From assembly GCA_963732675.1 (NCBI GenBank), contig CAVTAJ010000013.1:98137-162136 (forward strand): DNA of 64,000 nucleotides. Reading direction: 5' to 3'. Shown piece after piece: positions 9,332-20,144 of this stretch (position 1 is its first letter; each line of letters opens with the position of its first letter). Source of the stretch: Nitrospirota bacterium. Lineage in GTDB: Bacteria; Nitrospirota; UBA9217. The translations under genes and the position numbers were made by a program. Under the pieces are notes generated by a model. The model searched no databases, was not told where the DNA came from, and saw only the letters and a program-made list of their open reading frames with translations.

Positions 9332-10837
9332 TTACACCATCACGACTTCGTACTGCTCCTGGTGCAGGTTGGGGTCGGCCTTGATCACGATCTTCTTCTG
9401 AAATTCCTTTTCCAGCTCCTCCACGCCCTGCCGCTCCTCATCGTACATCAGGTCGGCGACCCCGGAGTTCACGGTCACAAGCGCCTTCTTTTCGTCGGAC
9501 CGGGTAAAGGCCCTGCGGAGCTCGCGGAAGACCTCGTAGCACACGGTGCGGTTTGACTTGATGTAGCCGCGGCCTTCGCAGTAGGGGCAGGTATCGCACA
9601 GAGTGCGTCCCAGGCTCTCTCGAATGCGCTTGCGCGTCATCTCGATCAGCCCGATGGGCGAGATGTGCGAAATGGTCGTCTTGGCCTTGTCGCTGGCCAG
9701 GGCCTCCTGGAGAGCCGCGTACACCTTGCGCCGGTTGTCCTCTCGTTCCATGTCGATGAAGTCGAGAATGATGATGCCGCCGATGTTCCGGAGCCGGAGC
9801 TGGTAGGCGATCTCGCGCACCGCCTCGAGGTTGGTCTTCAGGATCGTGTCTTCGAGAGAACGCTTGCCCACGTACCTGCCGGTGTTCACGTCGATCGTCG
9901 TGAGCGCCTCGGTCTGGTCGAGGACGATATACCCACCCGACTTGAGCCAGACCTTCCTGCCGAGGGCCCGCGAGATCTCGATCTCCACGCCGTAATGCTC
10001 GAAAATGGGGTCGTCTCCGTCGTAGGGCTTCACGCGCCTGCCGAGCTGGGGGATGTAGGAGTCCACGAACTCTTTCACCCGCTGGTATTCCTCGGGGGCG
10101 TCGATGACCATCCTGTCCACATCACGGGTGAACACGTCGCGGATCACGCGGAAGACGAGGTCGAGCTCGTTGTGCATCAACGCGGGCGCCGAGGTCTTCT
10201 CCTTTTTCTTCTGGATGTTCTCCCAGAGCCGGGAGAGGAACTCGATGTCGGCGACGAAATCATCCTCGCTCCTGCCCTGGCTGGCGGTCCGGATGATGTA
10301 GCCCGTGTTCGGCTTCCGGAGCCGGCTCACGATCTCGCGCAGCCGCTTTCGTTCCTCGCCGTTCTCGATCCTGCGCGAGACGCCGATGTGGTTGACGCCC
10401 GGCATCATGACCAGGTAGCGGCCGGGGATGCTGATGTAGGTCGTCACGCGCGCGCCCTTGGTGCTGATCGGCTCCTTCGAGACCTGGACCAGGATGTCCT
10501 GGCCTTCCTGCAACAGGTCCTCGATCTGGGTTGCGTGAGAGCGCTTCCGCTTGGGCTCGACCTCGAGCTCAAGGCCCTCGTCCTCCATCATGGGCGTGTA
10601 TTCCGACGTGCTGTCGAACACATCGCCCACATACAGGAAGGCGGACTTCTCCAGCCCGATGTCCACGAAGGACGCCTGCATGCCCGGAAGGACCTTCATC
10701 ACGCGGCCCTTGTACACATTGCCTGCAACGCCGCGGTCTTTCTTGCGGTCGATATATATTTCCGTGACCAGGCCGTTCTCCAGGAACGCCACGCGAGTCT
10801 CCTCCCGGCCTGCGTTTACGATGATCTCAGATGACAT
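9332..10837 (-). CDS. rng: ribonuclease G/E family endoribonuclease
   Basis: Intact 501-aa ORF. S1 domain: GNVYKGRVMKVLPGMQASFVDIGLEKSAFLYV. Catalytic region: GGYIVLDQTEALTTIDVNTG...GGIIILDFIDM. Confidence 0.9.
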   Translation of the reverse strand: MSSEIIVNAGREETRVAFLENGLVTEIYIDRKKDRGVAGNVYKGRVMKVLPGMQASFVDIGLEKSAFLYVGDVFDSTSEYTPMMEDEGLELEVEPKRKRSHATQIEDLLQEGQDILVQVSKEPISTKGARVTTYISIPGRYLVMMPGVNHIGVSRRIENGEERKRLREIVSRLRKPNTGYIIRTASQGRSEDDFVADIEFLSRLWENIQKKKEKTSAPALMHNELDLVFRVIRDVFTRDVDRMVIDAPEEYQRVKEFVDSYIPQLGRRVKPYDGDDPIFEHYGVEIEISRALGRKVWLKSGGYIVLDQTEALTTIDVNTGRYVGKRSLEDTILKTNLEAVREIAYQLRLRNIGGIIILDFIDMEREDNRRKVYAALQEALASDKAKTTISHISPIGLIEMTRKRIRESLGRTLCDTCPYCEGRGYIKSNRTVCYEVFRELRRAFTRSDEKKALVTVNSGVADLMYDEERQGVEELEKEFQKKIVIKADPNLHQEQYEVVMV

Positions 10838-11133
10838 TGTGTCTCCTTCATGATGGTTATGACCGTCTCAAAATCTATTTTATAATACAACAGGATTGAA
10901 TACAAGAATTAAAAAAGGGGATTGGTTGGGAGCCGGCAGCATGCTTCTCGGCATACACAGATGCTCAGGGCTATCGTAATAAGCATCATCTCGCACGAAA
11001 TCGCAGGTACTGAAGAAGGCTATAATCTTCTGAAAAACCGGATTCAACGTGATAACCATTCGTGATTCGCCCGTGTGAACATAGTCAGATCCGACAGTTC
11101 AAAAACAGTGATACGCGCTGTCCGAACCGGTCC

Positions 11134-13626
11134 TCAGGGCGCCATCGGACTTACCCACTGGTCCTGCTCCCGGCAATACACCCCAATGCGCGTTACCCTG
11201 AAGAGCACGGACTCATCACGCCCGATGCCGAACAGGTGCTCGATCACATCCTGCAGGCGCGGCTTGATCTGGTCGTGATCGACCAGCGTGCAGAGAAGAC
11301 TGTCAGGACCCGCGGCGATCGACTCAATACACGGGCGGATGTCCTTCTGCTTCCCTTCTTTTGAAACGATCACCGATGTGCGGGACAAGGAACTCCTGCA
11401 CCCGCTCTTCGATCCTGTCCCGATACGGCGCTGCGACAATGACCTTATACGTGTATCTGCTGATGCTGCCGGACAGGGACGGCGCTTTCTTCGGAACGAC
11501 CTTCGATTTCAAGGATCCTGACGCCCTCAGGCAGGGCGCTGTTCAGGCCCTTGGTGATCTGGAGCAGGTCCGCGAACGGGTCGATCTCCAGGTCCAGATA
11601 TTCCGTCTCGCTCTCCATGCCCACCGGGAGCGCCGGGCCGAACGCGATCTTCAAATGGGGGTTGAAACCCTGGGAAAAGGCGATGGGCACCTGCGCGCGG
11701 ACCACGGCACGATGGAACAGGGTCATGAAATCGAGATGGGAAAGAAAGCGGATGCGTCCGGTCTTGGTGAACTTCATCCTGACGCGGATGGTCATGTCCG
11801 GCAGTCCCGCGGGTTTTTGTCGATCAGCCGGCGCGAATTGTTCCGGAACCGGCTTCGTTGTTGCCAACGCTGCCGGTCTCCCGAGCTCGTTCGTTCCGCC
11901 GTCCGCGCACCCGATGCCGCAATGCTCGCACTCCTCCCGGCAGTTCTCCGTGATCTTCTCCTCCACCGCGCGTTGATACTCGCGCTTCAGGAATTCCCTG
12001 GTCACACCGCTCTGGACAACGCCCCAGGGCAGTTCATCCTCCAACCCGAACGTCCGTGAGGCATAGGTAGAGGCATCGAGTCCGCATTTCTGAAAAGCCT
12101 CGGTCCACTTCTTGAAATCAAAGCACTCGGTCCATCCGTCGAAGCGGCAGCCGAGGCGCACGGCCTCCTCGATGACCCTGCCGAGCCGCCGGTCGCCGCG
12201 CGCGAACGCGCCCTCCAGCAGGCTCGTCTCGGGATCGTGGGCCTTCAGCTGGATGCCGCGCTTCTTCAGGCCCCGGTCGAGATAGGCCTGCTTTCTCCGG
12301 ATCTCCCCGATGGACGCCTGTCCATGCCACTGGAAAGGCGTGTGCGGCTTGGGCACGAAGGTCGAGACGCTGATATTGAGCTGTACAGCGCGCTTGGAGG
12401 CGCGCTTGCCGACGCTGAAGAGTTCGTTCGCGAGCCTGATGATGCCGTCGAGGTCTTCATCGGTCTCGGTCGGGAGTCCGATCATGAAGTAGAGCTTGAT
12501 CGTGTTCCATCCGCTCCTGAAGATGGTCTCCGCTGCGTCCATGAAGGTCCAGGTCGGTCACCGGTTTGTTGATGACCCTGCGCAGGCGCTCGGTGCCTGC
12601 CTCAGGCGCGAGAGTAAAGCCGGTCTTGCGCGTGCCGGCAATGGCCCTGATCATCTCCGGCGTGAGCGTGCCCACGCGGAGCGAAGGGAGCGAGACCGAA
12701 ACGCGGCTGTCCCGGTACTTCTCCATCAACTCGATGATGAGCGGCTGGATCTCCGAGTAGTCGCCGGAACTCAGCGAGGCGAGCGACAGTTCGTCATACC
12801 CGGTGCAGGAGAGCGATTCATCGAGCAGCCCTTTCACCGTTTCCGGGCCCCGCTCCCGGTAGGGCCGGTAGATGATCCCCGCCTGGCAGAACCTGCAGCC
12901 GCGGATGCAGCCGCGCGCGACCTCGACGGTCACCCGGTCGTGGATCGGTTTCATGAGCGGCACGAGGGGTTTGTCCGGATAGGGCGCTGTATCGATGCTT
13001 TTGAGATACCGCCTGCGTACGGTCGCTTTTCCAAGCGAGGGAACGTAAAAGCCTTCCTGTTTCGAGATGGCCTTGAGAAATTCCTGTTTGCCCCGATGTT
13101 CCTGCCGAAGCGCCACGATCTCGTGCACGGCCTCCTCTGCCTCGCCGATGAAAAAAACATCGATAAAATCGGAAAGCGGCTCCGGGTTCACGGCGCAGGG
13201 GCCGCCGGCGATGATGAGCGGGTGTTTGTCGTCGCGGTCCGTGGAGCGTATCGGGATCTTTGCAAGCTCCAGCCCCGTCAGGATGTTGGAGTAGGAGAGC
13301 TCGTACTGGAGGGTGATGCCGATAATGTCGAATTCCGCAAGCGGCAGATTGGACTCCAGGCTGGTGAGCGGCCTTCCTGATGCGCGGAGCCGGTCCTCAT
13401 AGTCTGTCCAGGGAGAGAAGACCCGTTCGCATGCCGTGTCCGGCCTGTTGTTCAGGATGTGATAGAGGATCCGGATGCCGAGGTGCGACATGCCGACCTC
13501 GTAGGTGTCGGGAAAGAAGAGGCAGACCCTGGTCTTGACCCGGGCCAGGTCTTTGTGGACTGCGTTGATCTCGGTGTTGATGTACCGTGCGGGCTTGGTG
13601 ACCAGCGGGAGAAAATCTTCGAGCAT
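11134..13626 (-). CDS. fused B12-binding/radical-SAM protein (TIGR03960-like) plus DUF2344 (TIGR03936-like); at least 3 frame changes (about 12545, 11510 and 11390)
   Basis: ATG at 13626 follows AAGGAG. MLEDFLPLVTKPARYINTEINAVHKDL...VEVARGCIRGCRFCQAGIIYRPYRER... then MDAAETIFRSGWNTIKLYFMIGLPTETDED... then IRVRMKFTKTGRIRFLSHLDFMTLFHRAVVRAQVPIAFSQGFNPHLKIAF... The sequence continues through two more ORF-track fragments to 11134. Confidence 0.8.
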
Positions 13627-13642
13627 GGAACTCCTTGGAAAG

Positions 13643-13742
13643 GCAGGGTCAGGGCATAGGGTCATGGAGCATAGGGTCAGCAGGAAGCATGAGTACATCT
13701 GTTACACTATGACCCTCTGACCCATGCGTTCTTGACCCTGCA
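13643..13742. repeat. heptad-hairpin element, AGGGTCA/TGACCCT word type, in the radical-SAM/rodA spacer
   Basis: Left arm GCAGGGTCAGGGCATAGGGTCATGGAGCATAGGGTCAGCAGG. Right arm ACTATGACCCTCTGACCCATGCGTTCTTGACCCTGC. Confidence 0.8.
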
Positions 13743-13744
13743 TT

Positions 13745-14875
13745 TTAGTAGAACAGCATAAACCGCCGTGTCTGGATATTCAAGAGAATTCCGAGAGCGA
13801 GAAAGGTGGCAATGACGGAGGTCCCGCCGTAGCTCACGAGGGGAAGCGGCACGCCGACGACGGGCACGATGCCCACGGCCATGCCGACATTGATGAGGAC
13901 GTAGAGCGATATCATGGAGACAAGGCCGCCGGCCATAAGAGCGCCGAGACGGTCCTTTGCGTTCCTGGCAGTGTCCACGCCTACGAGGAGAAGGACCAGA
14001 TACAGGAACAGCAGCAGGCTGGCGCCGACGAGGCCCGTCTCTTCCGCGATCACGGCGAAGATGAAGTCCGTGTGGCGCTCGGGCAGAAAGGCCATCTGGC
14101 TCTGCGTGCCGTTGCGGTAACCCTTGCCCATGATCTGGCCGGAGCCTACGGCGATCTTGGACTGGTTCGCGTGATAGCCGCTCCCGAGCGGGTCCGAGCT
14201 CGGGTCGACGAACGCCTTGATCCGGTTCTGCTGGTACGGCTTGAGCGAACCCCAGATCTTGTGACGCACCGGCGACACGGCGAAGACGAGTGCGGCGACC
14301 ACCAATCCGGCGACGAGCACGATCAGGGCGGACCGCAGGTGAATGCCGGCGAGCATGACGATGAGGGACGACGTCATCAGCAGCATGATCGCCGTGCCGA
14401 GGTCAGGCTGTTTGAGCACGAGCAGGAGCGGGACCAGGACCATGGCCCCGGGGATGGCCAGGTCGCGAAGCTCGTGACCTCCCCGCTTCGGGTCTTCCGC
14501 AAAGTACCGCGCCAGGGCGAGCGTGACCGACAGCTTCGCAAGCTCCGAAGGCTGGAAGGCGAAGGGGCCGATGGCGAGCCAGCGCTGGGCCCCCATGCCG
14601 GTCTTGCCCATGACCATGACGAGGAACAGGAGCACAAGCGAGATCGCGTAGAACACGTAGGCATAGCGGCCCACCGTGTGATAATCAGGGATGAGCGCAA
14701 GGACCATGACAACGAAACCAATGGAAACCCAGATGAGCTGCTTCGTGAACAAGGACGAGGGTCCTCTCGACGTGTACGTTGCGCTGTATACCGCGCTCAG
14801 GCCGATGGCGGCAATGATGACGACCAGCAACACGAGTCCCCAGGGCAGATTATCGAACCGTCTTTGGCTCAACAT
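13745..14875 (-). CDS. rodA: peptidoglycan glycosyltransferase RodA (SEDS family)
   Basis: Intact 376-aa polytopic ORF in the FtsW/RodA/SpoVE family, immediately downstream of PBP2. Confidence 0.9.
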   Translation of the reverse strand: MLSQRRFDNLPWGLVLLVVIIAAIGLSAVYSATYTSRGPSSLFTKQLIWVSIGFVVMVLALIPDYHTVGRYAYVFYAISLVLLFLVMVMGKTGMGAQRWLAIGPFAFQPSELAKLSVTLALARYFAEDPKRGGHELRDLAIPGAMVLVPLLLVLKQPDLGTAIMLLMTSSLIVMLAGIHLRSALIVLVAGLVVAALVFAVSPVRHKIWGSLKPYQQNRIKAFVDPSSDPLGSGYHANQSKIAVGSGQIMGKGYRNGTQSQMAFLPERHTDFIFAVIAEETGLVGASLLLFLYLVLLLVGVDTARNAKDRLGALMAGGLVSMISLYVLINVGMAVGIVPVVGVPLPLVSYGGTSVIATFLALGILLNIQTRRFMLFY

Positions 14876-16664
14876 TTTTCAGATACTCCTCAATGACTTT
14901 TTTTGCTATGGGGGCGGCGGCGCTTCCACCGTGACCGCCGTGCTCGACCACCACGGCCACGGCGATCTTCGGGTTCTCGACCGGAGCAAACGCAACGAAC
15001 CACGCGTGGTCCTTCGTTTCGTCCGATAGTTTTCGTCCGGAAACTTTCTGCGCAATGACCTGGGCCGTGCCTGTCTTGCCGGCGACCGTTGCAAGCGGCG
15101 TAGCGGCCGCATGGGCGGTGCCGCCTGGTTCGTTGACCACGCCGGCGAGGGCGCTCCGCACTTCCTGGAGTACGTTGGGATCGAGCGTGACCGAGCCTGT
15201 GTGTTCCGGAGAAACTACGTTCACTTCCCCGGTCTCCCGGTTCCTGGTCTGCTTAAGCAGCAGGGGTCGGAAGAAGCGTCCGCCGTTCGCAACAGCGCTC
15301 ATCATCTGGCAGGCCTGGATCGGGCTGACGAGGACGAACCCCTGGCCGATGGAGTTGATGTACGTGTCTCCCGGATACCAGGCTTCGCCGGTCCGTTTCC
15401 TCTTCCACTCCGTCGTGGGAATGAGCCCCGGTTTTTCGTCAGGCAGAAGAATGCCGGTCAGACTCCCGTAACCGAGCTTCCTTGCATACTCGGCCACACG
15501 GTCCCAGCCGATGCGCTCTCCCATCGTATAGAAATAGACGTCGCAGGACTCGACGAGCGCCTGGTGGAATGAGACCGCGCCATGTCCGCCTTTTTTCCAG
15601 CACCGGAAGGAGTGCCTGCCGCTCGTGAGAAATCCCTTGCACGCTACCTTATCATCAAGCTTGATCACGCCGGACTCCAGGCCGGCCAGCGCCACGATGA
15701 TCTTGAACGTGGAGCCGGGTGGATACACGCTCTGGATCGCGCGGTTGTACATCGGGTGGCTCGGGTCTTTCATGAGCTGCACCCAGTCCTTTGGAGAAAT
15801 TCCCCGGGGAAAGAGGTTCGGGTCGTACGTGGGATGGCTGGTGAGGGCGAGGATCTCACCGGTGTTCGGGTCCATGGCCACCACGGCCCCTGCCCGGCTG
15901 CCGAGCCCTTCTTCGGCCGCTTTTTGCGCATCGAGGTCGATGGTGAGATAGATGTCCGTGCCGGGCCTTGGCTCCTCGATGCCGAGGTCCTTCACCTTCC
16001 TGCCCGCTGCGTTGACCTGGATCATGCGCCTGCCCGCAACACCGCGCAACAACTTGTCGTAGATCTTTTCCAGGCCGCTCTGGCCGGTCAACATCCCGAT
16101 ATCGGCCTGCTCTTTCTTGCGCTGGGACTGCGACACCTTTCCGATATAACCGAATTGGTGGGAAGCGAGCCCCCCGTAAGGATAATGCCTGAGATGCTCC
16201 GGCTCGATGATCGCCCCGGGCAGATCGTCCTGATGGGCCTCGATCACGGCCACCTCGTCCCAGGGCGCCTCTTCCCGGATCTTCACCGGGTCATATCTTG
16301 TTCTGACATCGGTCGCGTCTTCAAGGGCTTTGCGGATGACATCCGGAGTGACCTTGACGATTGCCGACAACTTCTCTATCGTGGCGTCAAGGTCAGGGGC
16401 GTCTTCCGGGATCAGCGAGATATCGAAGACGAGTTCATTCTCGACAAGCGGCCTGCCGCTGCGGTCATAGATAACGCCGCGCGGCGGCCTGAGCATGACC
16501 GGTCTGATCCGGTTGCTCTCCGCCTGCTCCTGATAATACTCTCCCTTGACCGCCTGGAGGTACCAGAGGCGGATGAAGAGGATCACAATAGCGAGGATGA
16601 TGAAGGCCGCCAGGAGCGGAAGCCTTCCCTGGATCTCCTCGGGGCCGTCCTGTTGCTGATACAT
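14850..16664 (-). CDS. mrdA: penicillin-binding protein 2 (elongasome transpeptidase)
   Basis: Intact 604-aa ORF with an N-terminal TM segment. STFK (PPGSTFKII) and KTGTA motifs are present. It sits between mreD and rodA. Confidence 0.9.
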   Translation of the reverse strand: MYQQQDGPEEIQGRLPLLAAFIILAIVILFIRLWYLQAVKGEYYQEQAESNRIRPVMLRPPRGVIYDRSGRPLVENELVFDISLIPEDAPDLDATIEKLSAIVKVTPDVIRKALEDATDVRTRYDPVKIREEAPWDEVAVIEAHQDDLPGAIIEPEHLRHYPYGGLASHQFGYIGKVSQSQRKKEQADIGMLTGQSGLEKIYDKLLRGVAGRRMIQVNAAGRKVKDLGIEEPRPGTDIYLTIDLDAQKAAEEGLGSRAGAVVAMDPNTGEILALTSHPTYDPNLFPRGISPKDWVQLMKDPSHPMYNRAIQSVYPPGSTFKIIVALAGLESGVIKLDDKVACKGFLTSGRHSFRCWKKGGHGAVSFHQALVESCDVYFYTMGERIGWDRVAEYARKLGYGSLTGILLPDEKPGLIPTTEWKRKRTGEAWYPGDTYINSIGQGFVLVSPIQACQMMSAVANGGRFFRPLLLKQTRNRETGEVNVVSPEHTGSVTLDPNVLQEVRSALAGVVNEPGGTAHAAATPLATVAGKTGTAQVIAQKVSGRKLSDETKDHAWFVAFAPVENPKIAVAVVVEHGGHGGSAAAPIAKKVIEEYLKNVEPKTVR

Positions 16665-17177
16665 CTAAAACTCCCTTTGAACGGTTCGTCTCATCAGTGC
16701 CGACATGACGTTCTTGCTGCCGAGCAGTCTCAGTAACATCGCGCCAAGCACGCCTGTGTACAGCGCCTGGGGAATGATGCGGCCCGCCACCAGGCTGAAG
16801 AAGGGGACCGACCCGTAGAACATCTGCAGAAAAAAAGTGATGACGATCCCTTCCAGCAGGCTGAAGGCCGCCAGGAAGATGCTGTTCGAGGGGCTGGTAT
16901 AGTCGAGCACTCTCCTGCCGAGCAGTCCCGCGGAGAGACCGACCAGCCCCCTGGTCATGCCGGAAAACCCGATAAAGCTCGCAGAACCGATATCCTGGAC
17001 CAGCCCGATGGCCATGCCCGCAAGAGCGGCCTCCCAGGGTCCGGTCAGCAGCCCTATGATATAGAGCAGGGCCAGGGCAAGGTCCGGCTTGATTCCACCA
17101 AGCGACAGGGGTTCGAGCAGGACTGCCTGAACAGGAATGATCAAGAGCAGAATGGTAAAATACACGAGGGATTTCAT
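16665..17177 (-). CDS. mreD: rod shape-determining protein MreD
   Basis: 170-aa polytopic membrane ORF between mreC and mrdA. Confidence 0.8.
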   Translation of the reverse strand: MKSLVYFTILLLIIPVQAVLLEPLSLGGIKPDLALALLYIIGLLTGPWEAALAGMAIGLVQDIGSASFIGFSGMTRGLVGLSAGLLGRRVLDYTSPSNSIFLAAFSLLEGIVITFFLQMFYGSVPFFSLVAGRIIPQALYTGVLGAMLLRLLGSKNVMSALMRRTVQREF

Positions 17178-17980
17178 TTCAAGAGCACGAGCGCCTCTTC
17201 CAGGCGAGAGAGTCCGACAGCAGGCTCAGCCACCACGGTCTGGAACGGGTTGGCCTCATGTTTTGATACTTTGACGACACTCGCCACGGCGAGACCTTTG
17301 GGATAGATGCCATCGAGGCCCGACGTGACGAGCACGTCGCCTTCCTGGATGTCAGCATAGTACGAGATGTATTTAAGGGAGCAATTGACGAGCTTGCCCT
17401 CGAGCAGCCCTTCTTCGCGGTTCCGCATGACACGGACAGCGATCGTGCTGCCGGGATCGGTCAGGAGAAGGACCTTCGCTGTGCCGGGAAGCACGGCCTG
17501 GACCTTCCCGACCACCCCTTGCGCGGTGATCACGGCCATGTCCTTCCGGATGCCATGGTCCGAACCCTTGTTGAGGGTGACGGTGCTGGAAACCGGCGAA
17601 GACTGCTTGCCGATCACCTGGGCCATGACTGCCGGCGGCGGATAGGTCCGTTTAAAGTCCAGCGAATCCCGCAGCCGTTCATTCTCGTGCAGCAGCTCGT
17701 TCATGACGCCGTTCTCGAGCTGCAGCCGTTCGTTCTCGCTCCGGAGCCGCTGGTTATCCTGCTGGGTGCCGACGAGAAGAATATACCCCTTTCCGATGGA
17801 CGCCACCGTGTCAAAGGGCCAGCTTATGATACGCTCAAAAAAGCCCGAGATGGCCAGGACCGGCTTTTCCATGAACGTGAGCCGCCCGTTCTTTACCTGG
17901 AGAGTGACCAGCCAGAAGAGGAGGATAAAGAGGAAAAGAATGGACAAAGATTTTCTGTGTTTTGCAATAAACCCGGGCAT
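17174..17980 (-). CDS. mreC: rod shape-determining protein MreC
   Basis: Internal ATG at 17980 gives MPGFIAKHRKSLSILFLFILLFWLVTLQ (TM). This is followed by a coiled coil (NQRLRSENERLQLEN) and a beta domain. The ORF-track start at 18094 is probably too far upstream. Confidence 0.85.
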   Translation of the reverse strand: MPGFIAKHRKSLSILFLFILLFWLVTLQVKNGRLTFMEKPVLAISGFFERIISWPFDTVASIGKGYILLVGTQQDNQRLRSENERLQLENGVMNELLHENERLRDSLDFKRTYPPPAVMAQVIGKQSSPVSSTVTLNKGSDHGIRKDMAVITAQGVVGKVQAVLPGTAKVLLLTDPGSTIAVRVMRNREEGLLEGKLVNCSLKYISYYADIQEGDVLVTSGLDGIYPKGLAVASVVKVSKHEANPFQTVVAEPAVGLSRLEEALVLLK

Positions 17981-18210
17981 CCGCTTCAGCCGCTTTCCGT
18001 TTACCCCGTTAGAGCTCGTCCCGAGCGCTCTCTCGTGGGCGCTATGGCAATGATTGCCGTAAATTTCATTCGTGCGCATCAATATCTTCGTCAAGCTCTA
18101 ACGGGGTTTACCCCCATCTTTCTTGTTCGGCATGCCTCTCATGGGCTACAGAGATGTTCGTTAACAATGTCCGTGATCGTTGAGCAACATCTTTTTATCT
18201 CTCACGGGCA

Positions 18211-19236
18211 TTACATGATGACTTTTTTCAGAATTTCCTCATCATCGAGGACCATACCAGCCCCGAGCGCTACGCAGGTAAGCGGGTTTTCAGCGATGAT
18301 GATGGGAAGGGAGGTCTCCTCGCGCAGGAACACGTCGAGCCCTTTCAGGAGCGCGCCTCCGCCGGCCAGCACGATGCCTTTGTCCACGATGTCCGCCGAC
18401 AGCTCCGGAGGCGTGTTCTCGAGCGCCAGCTTGATGCCGTTCAGTATCTGGCTGACCGTTTCCGCGAGCGACTCACGCACTTCGTCGTCGTCGAGGACGA
18501 GCGTCTTGGGGATGCCGGAAACCAGGTCGCGGCCCTTGATCTCCATCGTATGCCGTTCGCCGTCCGTCTTGTACGCCGAACCGAGTTCGAGCTTGATCGA
18601 CTCGGCCATCATTTCGCCGATCAGGAGGTTGTACTTGCGCTTGATGTAATTGATGATCGCCTCGTCCATCTTGTCGCCGCCCACCCGGATGGCCTTGCTG
18701 TAGACCACGCCGTCCATGGAGATGACGGCGATGTCCGTGGTGCCGCCGCCGATGTCCACGATCATATTGCCCGAGGGCTCGGAGATGGGCAGCCCCGTCC
18801 CGATGGCCGCTGCCACGGGCTCCTCGATGAGGTAGACATCCCGTCCGCCCGAGGTGATGGCGGCGTCCTTGACCGCCCGCTGTTCCACCTGCGTGATCCC
18901 CGAGGGGACGCCGATGACAATGCGGGGCCGCATGAACGATTTGCGGTTGTGCACCTTGCGGATGAAGTACTTCAGCATCTCGCCGGTGATGTCGAAGTCG
19001 GAGATGACGCCGTCCTTGATCGGACGGATCGTCTTGATATCGCCGGGCGTGCGGCCGAGCATCCGTTTCGCCTCCACGCCCACGGCGAGCACCTTGCCGG
19101 ATTTGACAGAAATGGCGACGACAGACGGCTCGTTGCAGATGATCCCCTTCCCCTTCACGTAGACCAGGGTGTTGGCCGTGCCCAGGTCGATCGCCATGTC
19201 GTTCGAAAACCAGCCCATGATAGTATTGATAAACAT
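18211..19236 (-). CDS. mreB: rod shape-determining actin homologue MreB
   Basis: From the ATG at 19236: [41 protein letters not shown]...[14 protein letters not shown]... Confidence 0.95.
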   Translation of the reverse strand: MFINTIMGWFSNDMAIDLGTANTLVYVKGKGIICNEPSVVAISVKSGKVLAVGVEAKRMLGRTPGDIKTIRPIKDGVISDFDITGEMLKYFIRKVHNRKSFMRPRIVIGVPSGITQVEQRAVKDAAITSGGRDVYLIEEPVAAAIGTGLPISEPSGNMIVDIGGGTTDIAVISMDGVVYSKAIRVGGDKMDEAIINYIKRKYNLLIGEMMAESIKLELGSAYKTDGERHTMEIKGRDLVSGIPKTLVLDDDEVRESLAETVSQILNGIKLALENTPPELSADIVDKGIVLAGGGALLKGLDVFLREETSLPIIIAENPLTCVALGAGMVLDDEEILKKVIM

Positions 19237-19316
19237 TATTGCCGGAACTCCTTTCGATAAAAAAAATACGTACTCGGGACCAGAAAAAAATAATGCAGGT
19301 GGAGAGCATTCGCGCA

Positions 19317-19419
19317 ATGGCCAAGAGAGGGCCAGACTGGGCCGCCAGGCAAGGCGTTTGTTCTCAAGAAACCTTTGCGTTCTTTGTGTTTGCCCGCGTT
19401 TTGGCTTGTCCCCGCCTTG
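19317..19419. repeat. heptad-hairpin element carrying the conserved ATGGCCAAGA..GGGCCA core, in the mreB-RDD spacer
   Basis: Left arm ATGGCCAAGAGAGGGCCAGACTGGGCCGCCAGGCAAGGCG. Right arm CCTTTGCGTTCTTTGTGTTTGCCCGCGTTTTGGCTTGTCCCCGCCTTG. The right arm matches the element at 51881-51920. Confidence 0.75.
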
Positions 19420-19476
19420 TTAGACCTGAGCGGTAAGAAGTTAATTCACCGTCACGCTGCTGTCATATATACATAA

Positions 19477-19962
19477 TTATTGCTGCATATCGAGCGGCCT
19501 GTTCGTACCCGTCGGCGAGACCTCGGGCTGCTGCTCCAGCGCGGCTTTTTTCTCTCCCGGGACCGGCGCCTCCAGAACGACCTGCGTCTTCGCCAGCATG
19601 TCGCCGATCCGCATCCCCGTCTTGTCGCCAATGGCGATAAGGCATTCCGCGCCGAGGGCAAGCGGGCCGAATGCCCAGCCCGCATAGGGTATCAAAAAGA
19701 GAAAATAGGCCAGAACAAGCGGAACATTCCTGATGATCGAGTCCCGGTAGATCGACGCAGGCCCGGAGTCCTCCAATGATACGACCCGCAGCCCGATGAG
19801 TTTTTTGCCGATGCTTCGGCGATCGAACAGCCCATCACGGATGAGGATGTACCCTGCCGCGGACAAAAAACCGATGACATCCGGCAGTCTTGCCAGGCCG
19901 ATGATAAGCAGGAGATCGACAAGTCCTGCAACTGCTCTGGTTGTAAGGTCCGCCCTCTGCAA
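19477..19962 (-). CDS. RDD-family membrane protein
   Basis: TTG start follows GGAGG. MQRADLTTRAVAGLVDLLLIIGL...GYILIRDGLFDRRSIGKKLIGLRVV is a typical RDD layout. Confidence 0.7.
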   Translation of the reverse strand: MQRADLTTRAVAGLVDLLLIIGLARLPDVIGFLSAAGYILIRDGLFDRRSIGKKLIGLRVVSLEDSGPASIYRDSIIRNVPLVLAYFLFLIPYAGWAFGPLALGAECLIAIGDKTGMRIGDMLAKTQVVLEAPVPGEKKAALEQQPEVSPTGTNRPLDMQQ

Positions 19963-20144
19963 TGAGCCTCCTGAACAAGTTCATACTATCAGAATAAAAA
20001 AGGTATTTCAAGACTAAAAAAGGCTTCGGGTACTGTGGAGAGAACACAAAATGGTCCCTGTGCGCAAAACATGCCGTGGACGAAGTGGTCCTGAGCGGGT
20101 ATACTTAAAGCATCGTTTCCCGAAAGGACCTCCTATGCCAATTG